Shown here: positions 12,672 to 25,300 of the stretch, in pieces
How the letters are laid out: every line of letters starts with the position of its first letter
How positions within the stretch are numbered: position 1 is the stretch's first letter
Assembly: GCA_035221665.1 (NCBI GenBank)
Contig: CM069168.1
Span: 19,717,964-19,780,000, forward strand
DNA length: 62,037 nt
Reading direction: 5' to 3'
DNA from: Okamejei kenojei
Taxonomy: Eukaryota
Program-made: the position numbers and the translations under genes
The notes under the pieces: generated by a model
The model's input: only the letters and a program-made list of their open reading frames with translations
Told to the model about the DNA's origin: nothing
Databases searched by the model: none

Positions 12672-13095
12672 AGAGTGACCAGTGTGTGTGTGTGAGTGAC
12701 CAGTGTGTGTGTGTGAGTGACCAGTGTGTGTGAGTGACCAGTGTGTGTGTGAGCGACCAGTGTGTGTGTGTGAGTGACCAGTGTGTGTGAGTGACCAGTG
12801 TGTGTGTGAGCGACCAGTGTGTGTGTGAGTGACCAGTGTGTGTGTGAGTAACCAGTGTGTGTGTGTGTGTGTGTGTGAGTGACCAGTGTGTGTGAGTGAC
12901 CAGTGTGTGTGTGAATGACCAGTGTGTGTGTGTGAGTGACCAGTGTGCGTGTGAGTGACCAGTGTGTGTGTGTGTGTGAGTGACCAGTGTGTGTGAGTGA
13001 CCAGTGTGTGTGTGAGTAACCAGTGTGTGTGTGTGTGTGTGTGAGTGACCAGTGGGTGTGAATGACCAGTGGGTGTGATTGGTGGGTGTGAGTGA
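12672..13095. repeat. GAGTGACCA(GT)n minisatellite
   Basis: About 22 tandem units with variable GT length. Confidence 0.9.
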
Positions 13096-13314
13096 CGTTG
13101 TACAGGTCTGGCACCAGGGCTTTCACTGCAGTGGGTGGGAGCTGAAATTTGACAACCACGGGGAATTCGGGCAGCTATGCTGGCCGATGTCCGATCAGGA
13201 ACTTCCACCTGTGGACACGGCGGGTTTAGTGACAAGGAGGCAGGAACGTTGCTCAGGGTTACGGGATTGCCACGTAGCACTGAGCCTGGGTCACCGGGTT
13301 GACCGGTCACTCAC

Positions 13315-13464
13315 CGCGGCCGTGGCCGGAGTGTGAAGGTGAATGATGCAGCGGACATCCGGGCGGGCCGAGTAGATCGCTGAGTGCAGGCTGAAGCCGG
13401 CACAGTCCACGGGGAAACCTGAGCTGCCCCGACTCACCACCTCCCCCAAAATGTTGACCTTTAC
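13315..13464 (-). CDS. ADD2: Beta-adducin coding exon 5 ([10 protein letters not shown]...[25 protein letters not shown]), class II aldolase-like head
   Basis: CCCAG| acceptor, GCG|GTGAGT donor, 150 nt; [18 protein letters not shown] motif. Confidence 0.95.
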
Positions 13465-14364
13465 CTGGGGATGAAGCAGAAGCAGAGACACAAACCGTCA
13501 ACCCTCGCGGCGGCACCACACTCACCACCACCAACGTTCACCACCCCCATTCCCTCCCGCCAAACCCACTCACCGCCGTTGGTTCACCTCCTCTCCCCCT
13601 CTCCCCTCTCACACTCAGTCTTTCCATCTCTGGCCTTTATCCAAACATCAACTCGCTCCCACCTGTAAACCAGCATCTGCAGTTTAGTTCAGTTTAGTTT
13701 AGAGATATAGTGTGGAAACAGACCCATACACTAGTCCTATCCTTTATAGTAGAGACAGAAGCCAATGAACCTGCACGTCTTTGGAACGTGGGAGGAACAA
13801 ACCCCATTTCCAAATAAAACAAAATAATCTGGAAATAGTTGCTTCAATCTGGAAAAGAAACTCAGCCCAATGGAATTAAGGTTAGGAAGTATCTTGACCT
13901 GAAACATCACCCATTCCTTCCATCCAGAGATGCTGCCTGACCCACTGAGTGACTCCAACATTTTGTGTCTGTTTTAGGGTCAGGGTTATGACACACATAT
14001 TTGTAAAGACTAGTGTGAACACATGAAGATGTTGGAAGTACAGTGACTCTCCCCACACCACCGTTGGTTAATGTGATTAAAATGGATGCTGGCAGATTTC
14101 CCTGCTGCGAGAGTCTGGCATTAAACATGTACGCAGAATCATTTTAATCCACTCTTCTTTCCCTGCTGCCTCTGTTGGGCATTAGCAAAAGCTCCCAGCA
14201 GGAGCTGCAGATCAAGCATCAGCTGCTTGTGCCAGCTCTAGTCCGGCCAGGCATGTTTGTGCTGAAAACCTCTCCGTCTCATCGGAACCCGCTCCACATT
14301 TGATAAGCCTTAACGCCACAATTTACCCACGTCATTGCAGTCTGTTCAGGCAATGGGACAACTT

Positions 14365-14975
14365 ACAGTGGGTATGTTGGTCAGTGTGGGCATGTTGGTC
14401 ATTGTGGGGCATGTAGGTCAGTGTGGGGCATGTTGGTCAGTGTGGGCATGTTGGTCAGTGTGGGCATGTTGGTCAGTGTGGGCATGTTGGTCAGTGTGGG
14501 CATGTTGGTCAGTGTGGGCATGTTGGTCAGTGTGGGCATGTAGGTCAGTGTGGGCATGTTGGTCAGTGTGGGCATGTAGGTCAGTGTGGGCATGTTGGTC
14601 AGTATGGTCAATGTGGGCATGTAGGTCAGTTTGGGGCATGTTGGTCAGTATGGTCAGTGTGGGCATGTAGGTCAGTGTTGTCAGTGTGGGCATGTAGGTC
14701 AGTGTGGTCAGTGTGGGCATGTTGGTCAGTGTGGTCAGTGTGGGCATGTTGGTCAATGTGGGCATGTTGGTCAATGTGGGCATGTTGGTCAGTGTGGGGC
14801 ATGTTGGTCAGTGTGGGGCATGTTGGTCAGTGTGGGGCATGTTGGTCAGTGTGGGCATGTTGGTCAGTTTGGGGCATGTTGGTCAGTGTGGGGCATGTTG
14901 GTCAGTGTGGGCATGTTGGTCAGTTTGGGGCATGTTGGTCAGTGTGGTCAATGTGGGCATGTAGGTCAGTGTGGA
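14365..14975. repeat. 18-bp minisatellite (GTGGGCATGTTGGTCAGT)
   Basis: About 30 tandem units. Confidence 0.92.
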
Positions 14976-16074
14976 GCATGTTTCCATGCTGTATGACTCT
15001 ACCACAATAAACATGGACAAACACAGAAGGCTCAGAATTGATGTGACCTTTTCCACATGAAATATTTAATCCCACATATTTGTTTTCCAAAATTCCCTGG
15101 CAATTAATATTCATCCAATTTCCCTTTGAAATTTCCTGAGGAATCTGTTTCCACTGCCCTTCAGATCATGTGCTTCACACCATTGACACCACCTGCTGGA
15201 AATATTCATCCCAGCTCCCTTTCTAATTATTTTAAACTGTGACCTTTGAACACAATCCAACACATCACTCCTCACTCTGCTACTAAGCATTCCTTCCCCT
15301 TGAAGCTGAGAACCGCGCCTCCTGTTGAGAACCCTCTTCCCCCTCGCGATGATCTCCACACCTTTGCTGAAGACTATGTGACGGGATTGTGGGAAATTCA
15401 GGTGAAAACACGACTGGTATTTTGGAAAGATTAGTTGTGATGCCCTTGAATTGACAAAGTCTTTCAAACAGGTCCCCATCAGCTGGTCACTTGGTGGTTT
15501 ATGAATAAAGAGCCTCGTGTTGTTAATGAACCCAATACTGTGGTTGGGTAGCACCGTCCCGTGTGGGTAAGTGACCTTGTCGAGCCCAGACCCTGCACAT
15601 CCCCCAAGGACCGGACAGCCATAGGTGCAAGAGCACGGGCCAGTAAGTCAGTGAACCGGGGTGTTAACTTCCACGCCCTCAAGGTGGGCTGCACTGCATA
15701 CCCAACATGTACAGAGGTGGCTGGGAGTGAATGTGGGAACTCCTCACTGACGTGGGACATTCTTCACTGGACGCTGCTGGGATTGACAAGGAATACCCGA
15801 CCAGAAGCTGTTGAATGGACAATCGAAGAGGAAATATGATCTACAATCACAAATTATATTAAAAGTAAAAGAGAATAAAAGTAAAAGAGAATAAAACGAC
15901 CCAAAACGTCACCTATCCATGTTCTCCACAGATGCTGCCTGACCCGCTGAGTTACTCCAGCACATTGTGTCTTTTTCTGTGAAGCAGCTTCTGCAGTTGT
16001 TTGTTGCTATAACACGCCTGACCCAGGGGTGAGAGGGTTAACAATCTGTCACCGTTGGCAACGGAGGTACTCAC

Positions 16075-16155
16075 CAGGATAGAGCCGGACACTTCTCCAT
16101 ACGAGATTCCTCTGGGAATGATGAGGAAATGATCGTGTTCCTTACTGACTCGGAG
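16075..16155 (-). CDS. ADD2: Beta-adducin coding exon 4 (LRVSKEHDHFLIIPRGISYGEVSGSIL)
   Basis: CTCCAG| acceptor, CTG|GTGAGT donor, 81 nt; LRVSKE.DHFLI.P is ADD2-like. Confidence 0.94.
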
Positions 16156-16574
16156 CTGGAGGGAAAAACAGACACAGATCAAAGTCGGTGTCAGAGTGCC
16201 CCAGCATCTCTATTGGCCAGTTCCTCACTCATTAACCATTGTTCAGACGCGACATGGTGGTGCAGCGGGTAGAGCTGCTGCCTTACAGCACCGCAGAGCT
16301 GGTGTTCCACCTGTAGATATGCCAGACTCACAGGTCCCTGCAACGTGCAATGACTGGTGTAAGAGATGCTCCACATTACAGGTGGGGCCGCTGAGACCCA
16401 GGGCACCTTGCTGAGGGGAAGCAGAAGCTGCACATATCTCATTCTCAACACCGCACATAAAACGGCAGCTTCTGATGAAAAACATTTCCTGCAATAAGTG
16501 TCAGTTCCTTTCTCTGGCTGTCAGCTTCCAACTGAAGGCAGCAAGATTTGTAGAGAGGGAGAGAGGAGAGAGAG

Positions 16575-16606
<32 letters not shown>

Positions 16607-16744
16607 GAGAGAAGAGAAAGAGAGAGAGAGAGGAAAGAGAGGGGGGAGAGGGAGAGAGAGATAGAGAATAAGAGAGAGAGAGAGGGAGAGAGAGAGAGGA
16701 GTACAAACAGGAGGCCGCTCTCTTTCCCCTGCTCTTCCACTCAC

Positions 16745-16897
16745 CGTGATGTAGGTATTGGCCAGCTGAGCCCAGCCAAACAGGTCCGAGTATGCGGTGG
16801 ACACTCGCCACCTTGCAGCGCATCAGCCTCTCTCCCTTGGCGAAGGTCATGGACCCCGTGGCATGGAGGTCATTGATTGGTGCAACCATCATCACCC
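16745..16897 (-). CDS. ADD2: Beta-adducin coding exon 3 ([12 protein letters not shown]...[32 protein letters not shown]); one extra base near 16787
   Basis: AAAG| acceptor, ACG|GTGAGT donor; 153 nt where phase requires 152; adducin match switches frame at CTC-G-GAC. Confidence 0.9.
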
Positions 16898-16987
16898 CTT
16901 TGATGGAAAAATTCACAAATTATCCCATTGAATGTACTTGGATCACAAGAAGATAAGGTGCCACATGACAGAGTAAAACAAGGACAA

Positions 16988-17293
16988 GTTTAGTTTAGAG
17001 ATACAGCGCTGACACAGGTCCTTCGACCCACCGGGTCTGCACCGACCAGCGATCCCTGCACACTAACACTATCCTACACACACTGGGGACAATTTACACT
17101 TATACCAAGCCAATTAACCTACATACCTGTACGTCTTTGGAGTGTGGGAGGAAACCGAAGATCTCTGAGAAAACCCACGCAGGTCACAGGGAGAACATAC
17201 AAACTCCGTACAGACAGCTCCCGTAGTCGGGATCGAACCCGGGTCTCTGGCGCTGCCTTGGCTGTAAGGCAGCAACTGCGTCACCGTGCCATC
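16988..17293 (-). mobile_element. tRNA-derived SINE (HE1/V-SINE-like), near full length
   Basis: Minus-strand GGCACGGTG head, B-box GGTTCGATCCC, core GTTCTCCCTGTGACC..GTGGGTTTTCTC, CR1-like tail CTCTAAACTAAAC. Confidence 0.82.
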
Positions 17294-17526
17294 CTAAAGT
17301 GTTTTGGAATTCTTTACTGAGGGAGTGACGGCGGTGAGTTACTCAATCTGTTCAGGGGAGATGAAGACATTGTAAGGATAAGGGCTGGTGAAAGGAGGGG
17401 GAGGTGGTACTGATGCTGGAACAGGTGGGACGACTCAGTTGGCCTCTTCCTTATGTTGGTAGAGTCTCCAAATGTTTGTTGCCACACGCTTACCTGCCCA
17501 GTAACCCTGAGACAGGTGGACTTTAC

Positions 17527-17662
17527 CTGGTGGTGAAGTGGGAATGGCCATCGGGGTGCTCCTCATGAAGTCCACAATCTGCTGCAGAGCCCACAGTTTG
17601 CTCGAGTCACTCCCTTTCTTCATCTGCTCCTGAATCAAACATTCCAATTCATCTCGGAACGC
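17527..17662 (-). CDS. ADD2: Beta-adducin coding exon 2 ([33 protein letters not shown]...)
   Basis: TTCAG| acceptor, CAG|GTAAAG donor, 136 nt (phase 0 to 1); [18 protein letters not shown] is ADD2-like. Confidence 0.93.
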
Positions 17663-17874
17663 CTGAAGAGATCGAGGATTTGGTTATTTACGGCTCGGTA
17701 ATCATGGTGATCCCAATAATCTGAATAATCCCGGGAGTGCCAAGGATTACGGTCATTTATGCCCAAGCACCGAGACAACCGTTGACACACTTCGGCCACA
17801 GGTCCCTGTACCAGGGGCTGTGGCACCAAAACTGAGCTCCAATTTGCAGCTCTCGCCAGATCATTCAGAGCACT

Positions 17875-18140
17875 GATCAGTGGGGCGTCTGGTCAGTGTG
17901 ACGATCAGTGGACGGGCGTCTGGTCTGTGATGGTCAGTAGACGGGCGTCTGGTCCGTGACGGTCACTAGACGGGCGTCTGGTCTGTGACAGTCAGTAGAC
18001 GGGTGTCTGGTCTGTGGCGGTCTGTAGATGGGCGTCTGGTCAGTGTGACGGTCAGTGGACGGGTGACTGGTCTGTGACGGTCAGTGGACGGGCGTCTGGT
18101 CTGTGGCGGTCAGTAGATGGGCGTCTGGTCAGTGTGATGG
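17875..18140. repeat. ~29-bp minisatellite (GTCAGTAGACGGGCGTCTGGTCTGTGACG)
   Basis: About 9 tandem units. Confidence 0.85.
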
Positions 18141-18194
18141 TTCGGGGCAGACAGGGAGGTGCTGAATGTTCCCGCTAAGCTGACTGCTACTCAC

Positions 18195-18386
18195 CGGGCT
18201 CTGTAAGATCATGGTCACCCTCTTCTTCTGCTCCATCAGGTTGAAGTCCTGCCTCAGAGTGGGCGCCATGTTCCTCAGCCGCTGGTATTCCGGGTCACTC
18301 TCCACCTGCTCAAAGTAGCCCTCCTTCCGGGTGGAGCTGGGCGCTGGTGGCACCGATACCACCTCCTGGCTGCCCTCACTGCTCAT
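18195..18386 (-). CDS. ADD2: Beta-adducin coding exon 1 ([10 protein letters not shown]...[20 protein letters not shown]); exon acceptor at 18410
   Basis: ATG at 18386; 64 codons resembling the adducin N-terminus (DPEY.RLRN...[21 protein letters not shown], beta-type); CCG|GTGAGT donor. Confidence 0.93.
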
Positions 18387-18904
18387 CCTGCCCACCGACT
18401 GACCACTCCCCTGGGCACGGGGACAAAAGCAGACTGGGAGTTAGTGTTAGAAAGCAGAGTCCACTTGTCAAGCAATTGGCCATGTGAACAGACTCACTCT
18501 CACCCAAGCAATGTGCTACCTGATCCACGTACGTAACATTATGAGAGGCATAAACGACAGACACACAGTCAGCTAAAGACAATGTGGGCCGTCAGCCTTT
18601 GGCCCAAGGTGCAAACGTCAAATAACAGGGGACATAGGTTAAGGTGGGAGTGGGCACAGGTTACACAGAGAATGGTTGGTGCCTGCAACAAACTACCAGG
18701 GAAGGGGAGGGGGGCATAGATGACAGCAATGTTTCAGAGGCACAAATAAGCATGGAGGTGAGGGATAGGGACCATTTGCAGGCAGGTGAGATTGGTTTAG
18801 ATTTGCGCAGACATGGTGGTCCACATGGCATGTTCCTCTGCTGGTCTACAGGAGTGGAGGAGGCACAGGTCAACTCAACGCCACCAATCCACCTTCTCAC
18901 GCAG

Positions 18905-19125
18905 TCTCTGGAATTCTCTGCCACAGAAGGTAGTTGAGGCCAGTTCATTGGCTATATTTAAGAGGGAGTTAGATGTGGCCCTTGTGGCTAAAGGGATTAG
19001 GGTGTATGGAGAGAAGGCAGGTACAGGATACTGAGTTGAATGATCAGCCCTGATCATATTTAATGGCGGTGCAGGCTCGAAGGGCCGAATGGCCTACTCC
19101 TGCACCTATTTTCTATGTTTCTATG
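18905..19125 (+). mobile_element. CR1 3' end fragment
   Basis: LWNSLPQKVVEASS...GEKAGTGY* plus tail. Confidence 0.85.
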
Positions 19126-20518
19126 AAGCACAACCAGCAGCTGTTTACTGCTTCCCCTCCCACACTCTGGACCAGAAAGCATTCCATGTTTGGTGACATA
19201 TGACCAACAGCAGGTCAGGCAGCATCTGTGGAGAATATGGATAGGTGACATTTCACAGAGTGCTGGAGGAACTCAGCGGGTCAGGCAGCATCTGTGGAGG
19301 ACATGCTTGCTATACAACATATAAGACAGGTGATCACTGGTTGGCGTGGACTCGAAGGGTCTGTATCTCTAAACTAAACCATCACCGCCATTTTCTCAGG
19401 AAGGATGACCATGGAATAACGAGAGTACAACTACCATCTCCAGAATGCTCTGCAAGACCATCATGTCTTGTAGCCAAGGAATTAGCTTAACCTCATAGTT
19501 ACTGACATTCTGTGGGAAATAATCAGTGGCCACTGATAACAGGTGCAGGTGAGGTAGCCACTGAGCCCACTGTATTTGATACGGGCTAGAAACGTGCTCT
19601 AAGGTGAGGAAGAAAGAGTTAATAGGAACATTAGGAACTCCTATTTGACACAAAGGGTGGTGGGTGTTTGGAGATACAGAAGCCTGAAGTCCCAAACACT
19701 AGGTTCAATGACAGCTATGTACCTCCAACCACCAGGTTCTTGAATGGACCCTCACCCTATCTCAGCAACTTGCATCAGCCAGTATTTAATTTTCTAAATT
19801 GTGTTTCGCAATCTTTTTTTCTTTTTTACTGTTTGCAGAATGTATATGATTTATGATAGCGGTGTGTTGTTGTCCGAGTCTGCACCTGTGCATTAGGGTT
19901 AGGGTTAACTTGCCATTGCACGAGTGTGGTCAGGTTCAGGTGCAATGGTAATAACCTCAACATGACTTGGATCACAACCAGGATGTGAAAGCAGAGTAGC
20001 TTCTAAACCTGCTACTGTGACAGCGCCGGGATTTACACACGGCAAAGTCGCCCCCAGAACAGTTGGCAGCTGAGAGACACAAAGTGTACAGGAGTGCGCG
20101 GGCCACGTTATTTTTACACAGTGGGTGGTGGGTGCCTGGAACGGGTGGTGGTGGAGGCAGGTATGATAGCGGCATTTAAGAGGCTTTTGGATAGGAACAT
20201 GGATATGTAGTGAATGGAGAGATATGGATCACCTGTAGGCAGAGGAGATTAGTTTAACTTGCCATCATGTTCAACACGGATATTGTGGGCCAAAGGGCCT
20301 GTTCCTGTGCTGGATTGCTCTGTGTGTTTAGGCATCAAGGGCTGGATTGGCAGAACAGCCTCTCATAGTTAAACCCACAGAATAATTAATAATGACAATA
20401 ATAATTAATAATTAAAGATATCACAGAGAGGCTACATAAACATTCGGCATCTGTCTTCACAATGCAAAACTTCATAAACATACCAAAATAGCAGGAAATA
20501 GGGGTTGGAGGAGTGTGT

Positions 20519-20549
<31 letters not shown>

Positions 20550-22144
20550 GGGGGGGTGGAGAGAAAGTTCCGTGAACATGGGATTAGTTTGATTTCTGAA
20601 ACTGTGATCTTCTAAACTTCCCTTGATCCTAGAATGGTCCCAAAGGATGAAAAACTAACTGTAACGGGATAGAGTGGGAAGATAAGCCAATTAGTTTAAC
20701 ATCTGTTATTGCAAATTGCTCAAATCCATTTTTAATAAGGCCCCAGATAAATTTCAACTGGATGGAAATTGTAGACCAGGATATTCTGTGAATGTCAGTA
20801 TTCTGCCGGCCCACTCACTAGATATCACTGCCTCAGGTTCCAGAACAGAATGGGGAGAGGCAGAGGGGTCAGAGATGGGTGGGTTGCAGACTCACGGCAC
20901 TGTCTCCCCAAGGGCTGGAGACAGCCAAGTTCTGGCATAGAGTCTCCCCCAGCCCAGGGTGTGAGAGGCAGCACAGCAACGGCCCTCCGCTGGGCACAGA
21001 CACCTGGCCACCATGCCCCCCCTTGCATAACTGTAGCTAAGGATGGGGTTGACAGGAGGAATACTGTGGGGTGCTGCCCCTCGAATGAACACACAACTAA
21101 GGGCCGTCCACTTTGCCCAGAGATGAGGAGGGGTCTTCTCTCTGTCGTCTCCCAGAGAGCAGTGAGGAGGGGCCTCCCTCATCCTCACCTCTGGCTTTTC
21201 TCCAACCATCTGACAATCAAACAATCCATCACCTGTATCCACCTATCACTTGCCAGACTTTGTCCCAGTACAGTCATGCTGAAGAAAGCTCCCGACTCAA
21301 AACAACACCTATCCATGTTCTCCACAGATGCTGCCTGAACCGCTGAGTTGCTCCAGCACTTTGGGTCATTTTTGATAAACCAGCATCTACAGTTCCCTGT
21401 GTCTTCAGAGTTTTGCCAGCTGGTGTTAACTCATCCGACCAACGACCGCAGCTGAATACATCCTATTTTCTGCAATTATCGGGAACAAAAACTGTAATCT
21501 GTGAGATTTAAAATGTTTCCTTTGGTGAAGACTCACGAAGCACTCAGTCACACATTAGGCAAATGAACTAACTGCCTTAATTCACAAAACATTGGCAGCA
21601 GGGAGGTTAAAAATAATTAAATGTGGATAATATTTGATCTTTGCTTTGTGCAGAGCAGGGAGCAGATCTGCAGATCAGTGTAATAAACCCACAACGACAG
21701 GATCGCGCACTGATTACAGCTCGTTACTGACGAGTGCCACTCAGAGTCTGATTATAACCATTACGCAGTCACTTGCTGCCAGCATGGGGCGTTCACTGGC
21801 ACCGACACATGGATATTCCCACTGGAGTTACAGAGGCAGACAGATAGATGAAGCACGGAAACAGGCCCTTCGGCCCACGTGTTTGCACTGACCTTCATTC
21901 CCGTATTCCACTTTATTTCCCCCATTATTCTATCAGTCTCTCAGCCACACACTTGAGGAAGGTTACAGTGGTCAGTCCTCACTGACACCTTCACACAGCT
22001 TTTGTTTCACTTACAGCAGCTAAGGCACAGCGGATTGTTGCTACTATTGTTATTCAGGAAGATACTGAAAACTTCAGTGGTCCATGCAGCCAAATACAGA
22101 TGTGGACAATTGTGAATCCCTTGCAGCGGTAGAATCACCTTGAG

Positions 22145-22357
22145 GCTCTCCGTCGCTGCACACGCGTGTGAAGGCAGCTCCGTCGCTGCACACGCGTGTG
22201 AAGGCAGCTCCGTCTCTGCACACGCGTGTGAAGGCAGCTCCGTCTCTGCACACGCGTGTGAAGGCAGCTCCGTCTCTGCACACGCGTGTGAAGGCAGCTC
22301 CGTCTCTGCACACGCGTGTGAAGGCAGCTCCGTCTCTGCACACGCGTGTGAAGGCAG
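22145..22357. repeat. 30-bp minisatellite x7 (AAGGCAGCTCCGTCTCTGCACACGCGTGTG), followed by telomere-like hexamers to ~22482
   Basis: Near-perfect tandem units. Confidence 0.92.
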
Positions 22358-25300
22358 AGACTAGAGCAGCAGTTAGGGTTGAGGGCAGGGATCAGGGTAG
22401 GGGTCAGGGCAGGGATCAGGGTAGGGGTTAGGGTTAGGGTCAAGGTCAGGATTGGGGTCAAGGTCAGGATTGGGGTCAGGGGTCATGTGCAGACCCTACA
22501 GGGGAAACCATCCTGCAGAGGGGTACAGGACCTTCCAGACGGTTCTGTTCTGAGGATTCTTCACAACCAGACAGTTCACGTTGAAACTGCAACACCAGTC
22601 TGGGAGGACATGCACTGCACTACCCCACAGGGGGAGACTTTACATTTCCTGTTGCCATTCTCAGAAAGAAAGAGATGTTGACACAGTGCTGGAGTAACTC
22701 GTCACCACGGTAGAGTTGCCGCCTCACAGCTCCACACACTCGAGATTGATCCTGACTATGGGGGCTGTTTGTGTGGAGTTTTCATGTTCTCCCCGTGACC
22801 GCCTGGGTTTTCTCCCACACTCCAAGTCATGAAGTTTCTGGGTTAATTGGCTTCTGTAAATTGTCCCTCGTGTGTAGGGAATGGTCGATGTTCAGCATGC
22901 ACTTGGCGGGCCGCCTTTACCAGACTATCTCTAAACTAAGCACATGTTTGAAGCATTGGGTGAATGGAGGGACATGGAGAGGAGGTGAGGCCTGGGACAA
23001 GTGGGGCAGGTGGGACAGGTGGACAGGTGCGTGGGTGATGGGTCATGTTGAACATGGGGCAGGTGCGTGTGTGGTGCTGTCTTCGTACAGCTAGATCGTT
23101 ACATTCACCGCCGTGCTGCCCCAACATGGGTTACATTCCTCTCCCATGGTTCCAAAGAGCTCATCAAATCACCCGCTTAATCCAGGATTCATTAATCCCT
23201 CTCCCAGATTGCTGGAACACCGCAGAAAATCTAAGAGGTCAGTGTTCACAAATTACAGTAATGATCCCTCGTGCTACAGCAAATAATCCTCCACATCTCT
23301 CGTTACAAAGGTTTCCTGTCTGATACACCATTTGATATATTGTGTTGTCGACAATGGAAAGATATTGACAATGTTCCATTGCCTACAGCCATTCTGAAAC
23401 CCCACGCTAATCACGTGCCCCACTTTGCCCATTCATTTATTCTTTCTACAAACCCCCAGCTACATTCTCCACTGCTATCCCATTAACACCTTTCACAAAC
23501 GTGACTGTGTCGCTCTCACTTTCTGATATTTAATTATTTAATAAATAATGTGAATGGTTCCTCTCCGCACAGACGCCTGAGAAAGACAACATCTCTTTAT
23601 TCCAGATTTAGTACATGCACATTATCCTCAACATCTGGCCCCGACCTGATAATCAATCTCTGGACAAGTCAACTTGACCAGACACTAAATCCCCACCATT
23701 CCTTCACAGACTGTGGGCATCATGTGAGGCCAGATGTTACATCCTTCGATGCCCCTGAGAAGCCGTGAGGAGAGATGATCCACCAGGACTACCTTCTGGT
23801 ATGTGTAGTCATAGAAATGTAGAAACACAGAAAATTAGAAACACAGAAACATAGAAAATAGGTGCAGGAGGAGGCCATTCGGCCCTTCGAGCCAGCACCG
23901 CCACTCAATATGATCATGGCTGATCATCCAAAATCAGTACCCCGTTCCTGCTTTCTCCCCATAAGCCTTTGGGGCATTCGGAGCCAATGAGCTGAATGCC
24001 ACGTCTGTCTGTGGCGTGGAATGTATGAGGACCAGCTACGAGGCAATACTCTGGGCATCAATGATCCAAATATCTGTGGCCTTATCCCACTGAAAGCAGG
24101 AACGGAGGTGAAGCAACCATTTCCTGCTTCTATTCCAGCATTCCACATTCATATTCCTGCTTGACCCCACCGAGTAACTCAGCATCTCTGGAGAACATGG
24201 ATAGTCTGAGGAAGGGTCCCAGCTCAAAACATCACCCATGCCTTTTCTACATAGAAGCTGCCCGACCTGCTTAGTTACTCCAGCATTTTGTGTCTTTCTG
24301 TGGTTTAAAACGGCATCTGCAGTTTCTTTTTATTACCTACTGTTCACCTTCTGGGATGGTCTTACAACTTGTATTGCAAGATATTCTTCCAACAACCAGA
24401 AAGGTCACTTTTGGGAATGGTCTTTTATGGACCGCATGGAAACACTTGCTTATAAATTTGAACCAGCGGAACTCAATACTTCTGTACTAAATTAAGGACA
24501 TCACTATCTATCTGAAGGCACAAGATTGACTTGCCCCTTCTCTCCAGAGACTGGGTGTTACAGTTTCACTTGTCTTTAATCATTCAGACGATTGGGGAGA
24601 GCTTTTGTTAGAATGTGAAGTGTGGAGGAGAATGAACTAGAATTGACAGGGGAAGTCAAATCTTCAGCAAGTTGTTACAATCTTCTATTTGAAACAGAAC
24701 AACACAGCACAGGAACAGGCCCTTTGCCTCTCCCAATAGCACCTAGGCCAGGCTACTCTATGTGTGCTGGTCTTCAATTATTCATTCAATCGCTCCACTC
24801 TCTTAAACCTCTACTCTAACAGCAGCATTGTTTACTTTACTGGGCTTTATCGTGTTCAAAACGTTATTTCCTTTATCCTGTATCTGTGCCAATCTCTGTG
24901 ACCACGTGGGTTTTCTCCGGTGTTCTGGTTTCTCACACTCCAAAAACATGCAGGTTTGAGGGTTAATTGGCTTCTGTAAATTGTTGCTAGTGAGTAGGAT
25001 AGCACTAGAGTTTGGGTGATCGTAGGTCGGCATGGACTTAGTGGGCCCAAGGGCCTGTTTCCATGCTCAATCTCCAAACTAAACTAAAAATAAAGCGAAC
25101 CTTGCCATTCTTAAAGACCACCTCAGAAACAGCCCTGGGTTCCATTTCAGTGGTCAGTGGGAAGGGCATTAGTCCTGGCACTCATGGACTCTGCAATCTG
25201 GACAATCACAACAGCACGGGCCGACTTTCACACCTAAACCCTCTCTGGCCTCGGTCAGTCAGTCAGTCAGTTCCCTGACGGTGGGGAAGCAGTCAGTGGG

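Noticed and set aside
16988-17293. tRNA gene
   Set aside because: Only a degenerate tRNA-derived head with SINE core and tail; no complete cloverleaf
21715-21750. CTGACGAG followed by a small hairpin, resembling a hammerhead core
   Set aside because: No GAAA box after the stem
22145-22357. CRISPR-like 30-bp partly palindromic repeats
   Set aside because: Units are directly adjacent with no spacers, no cas genes, and the context is eukaryotic
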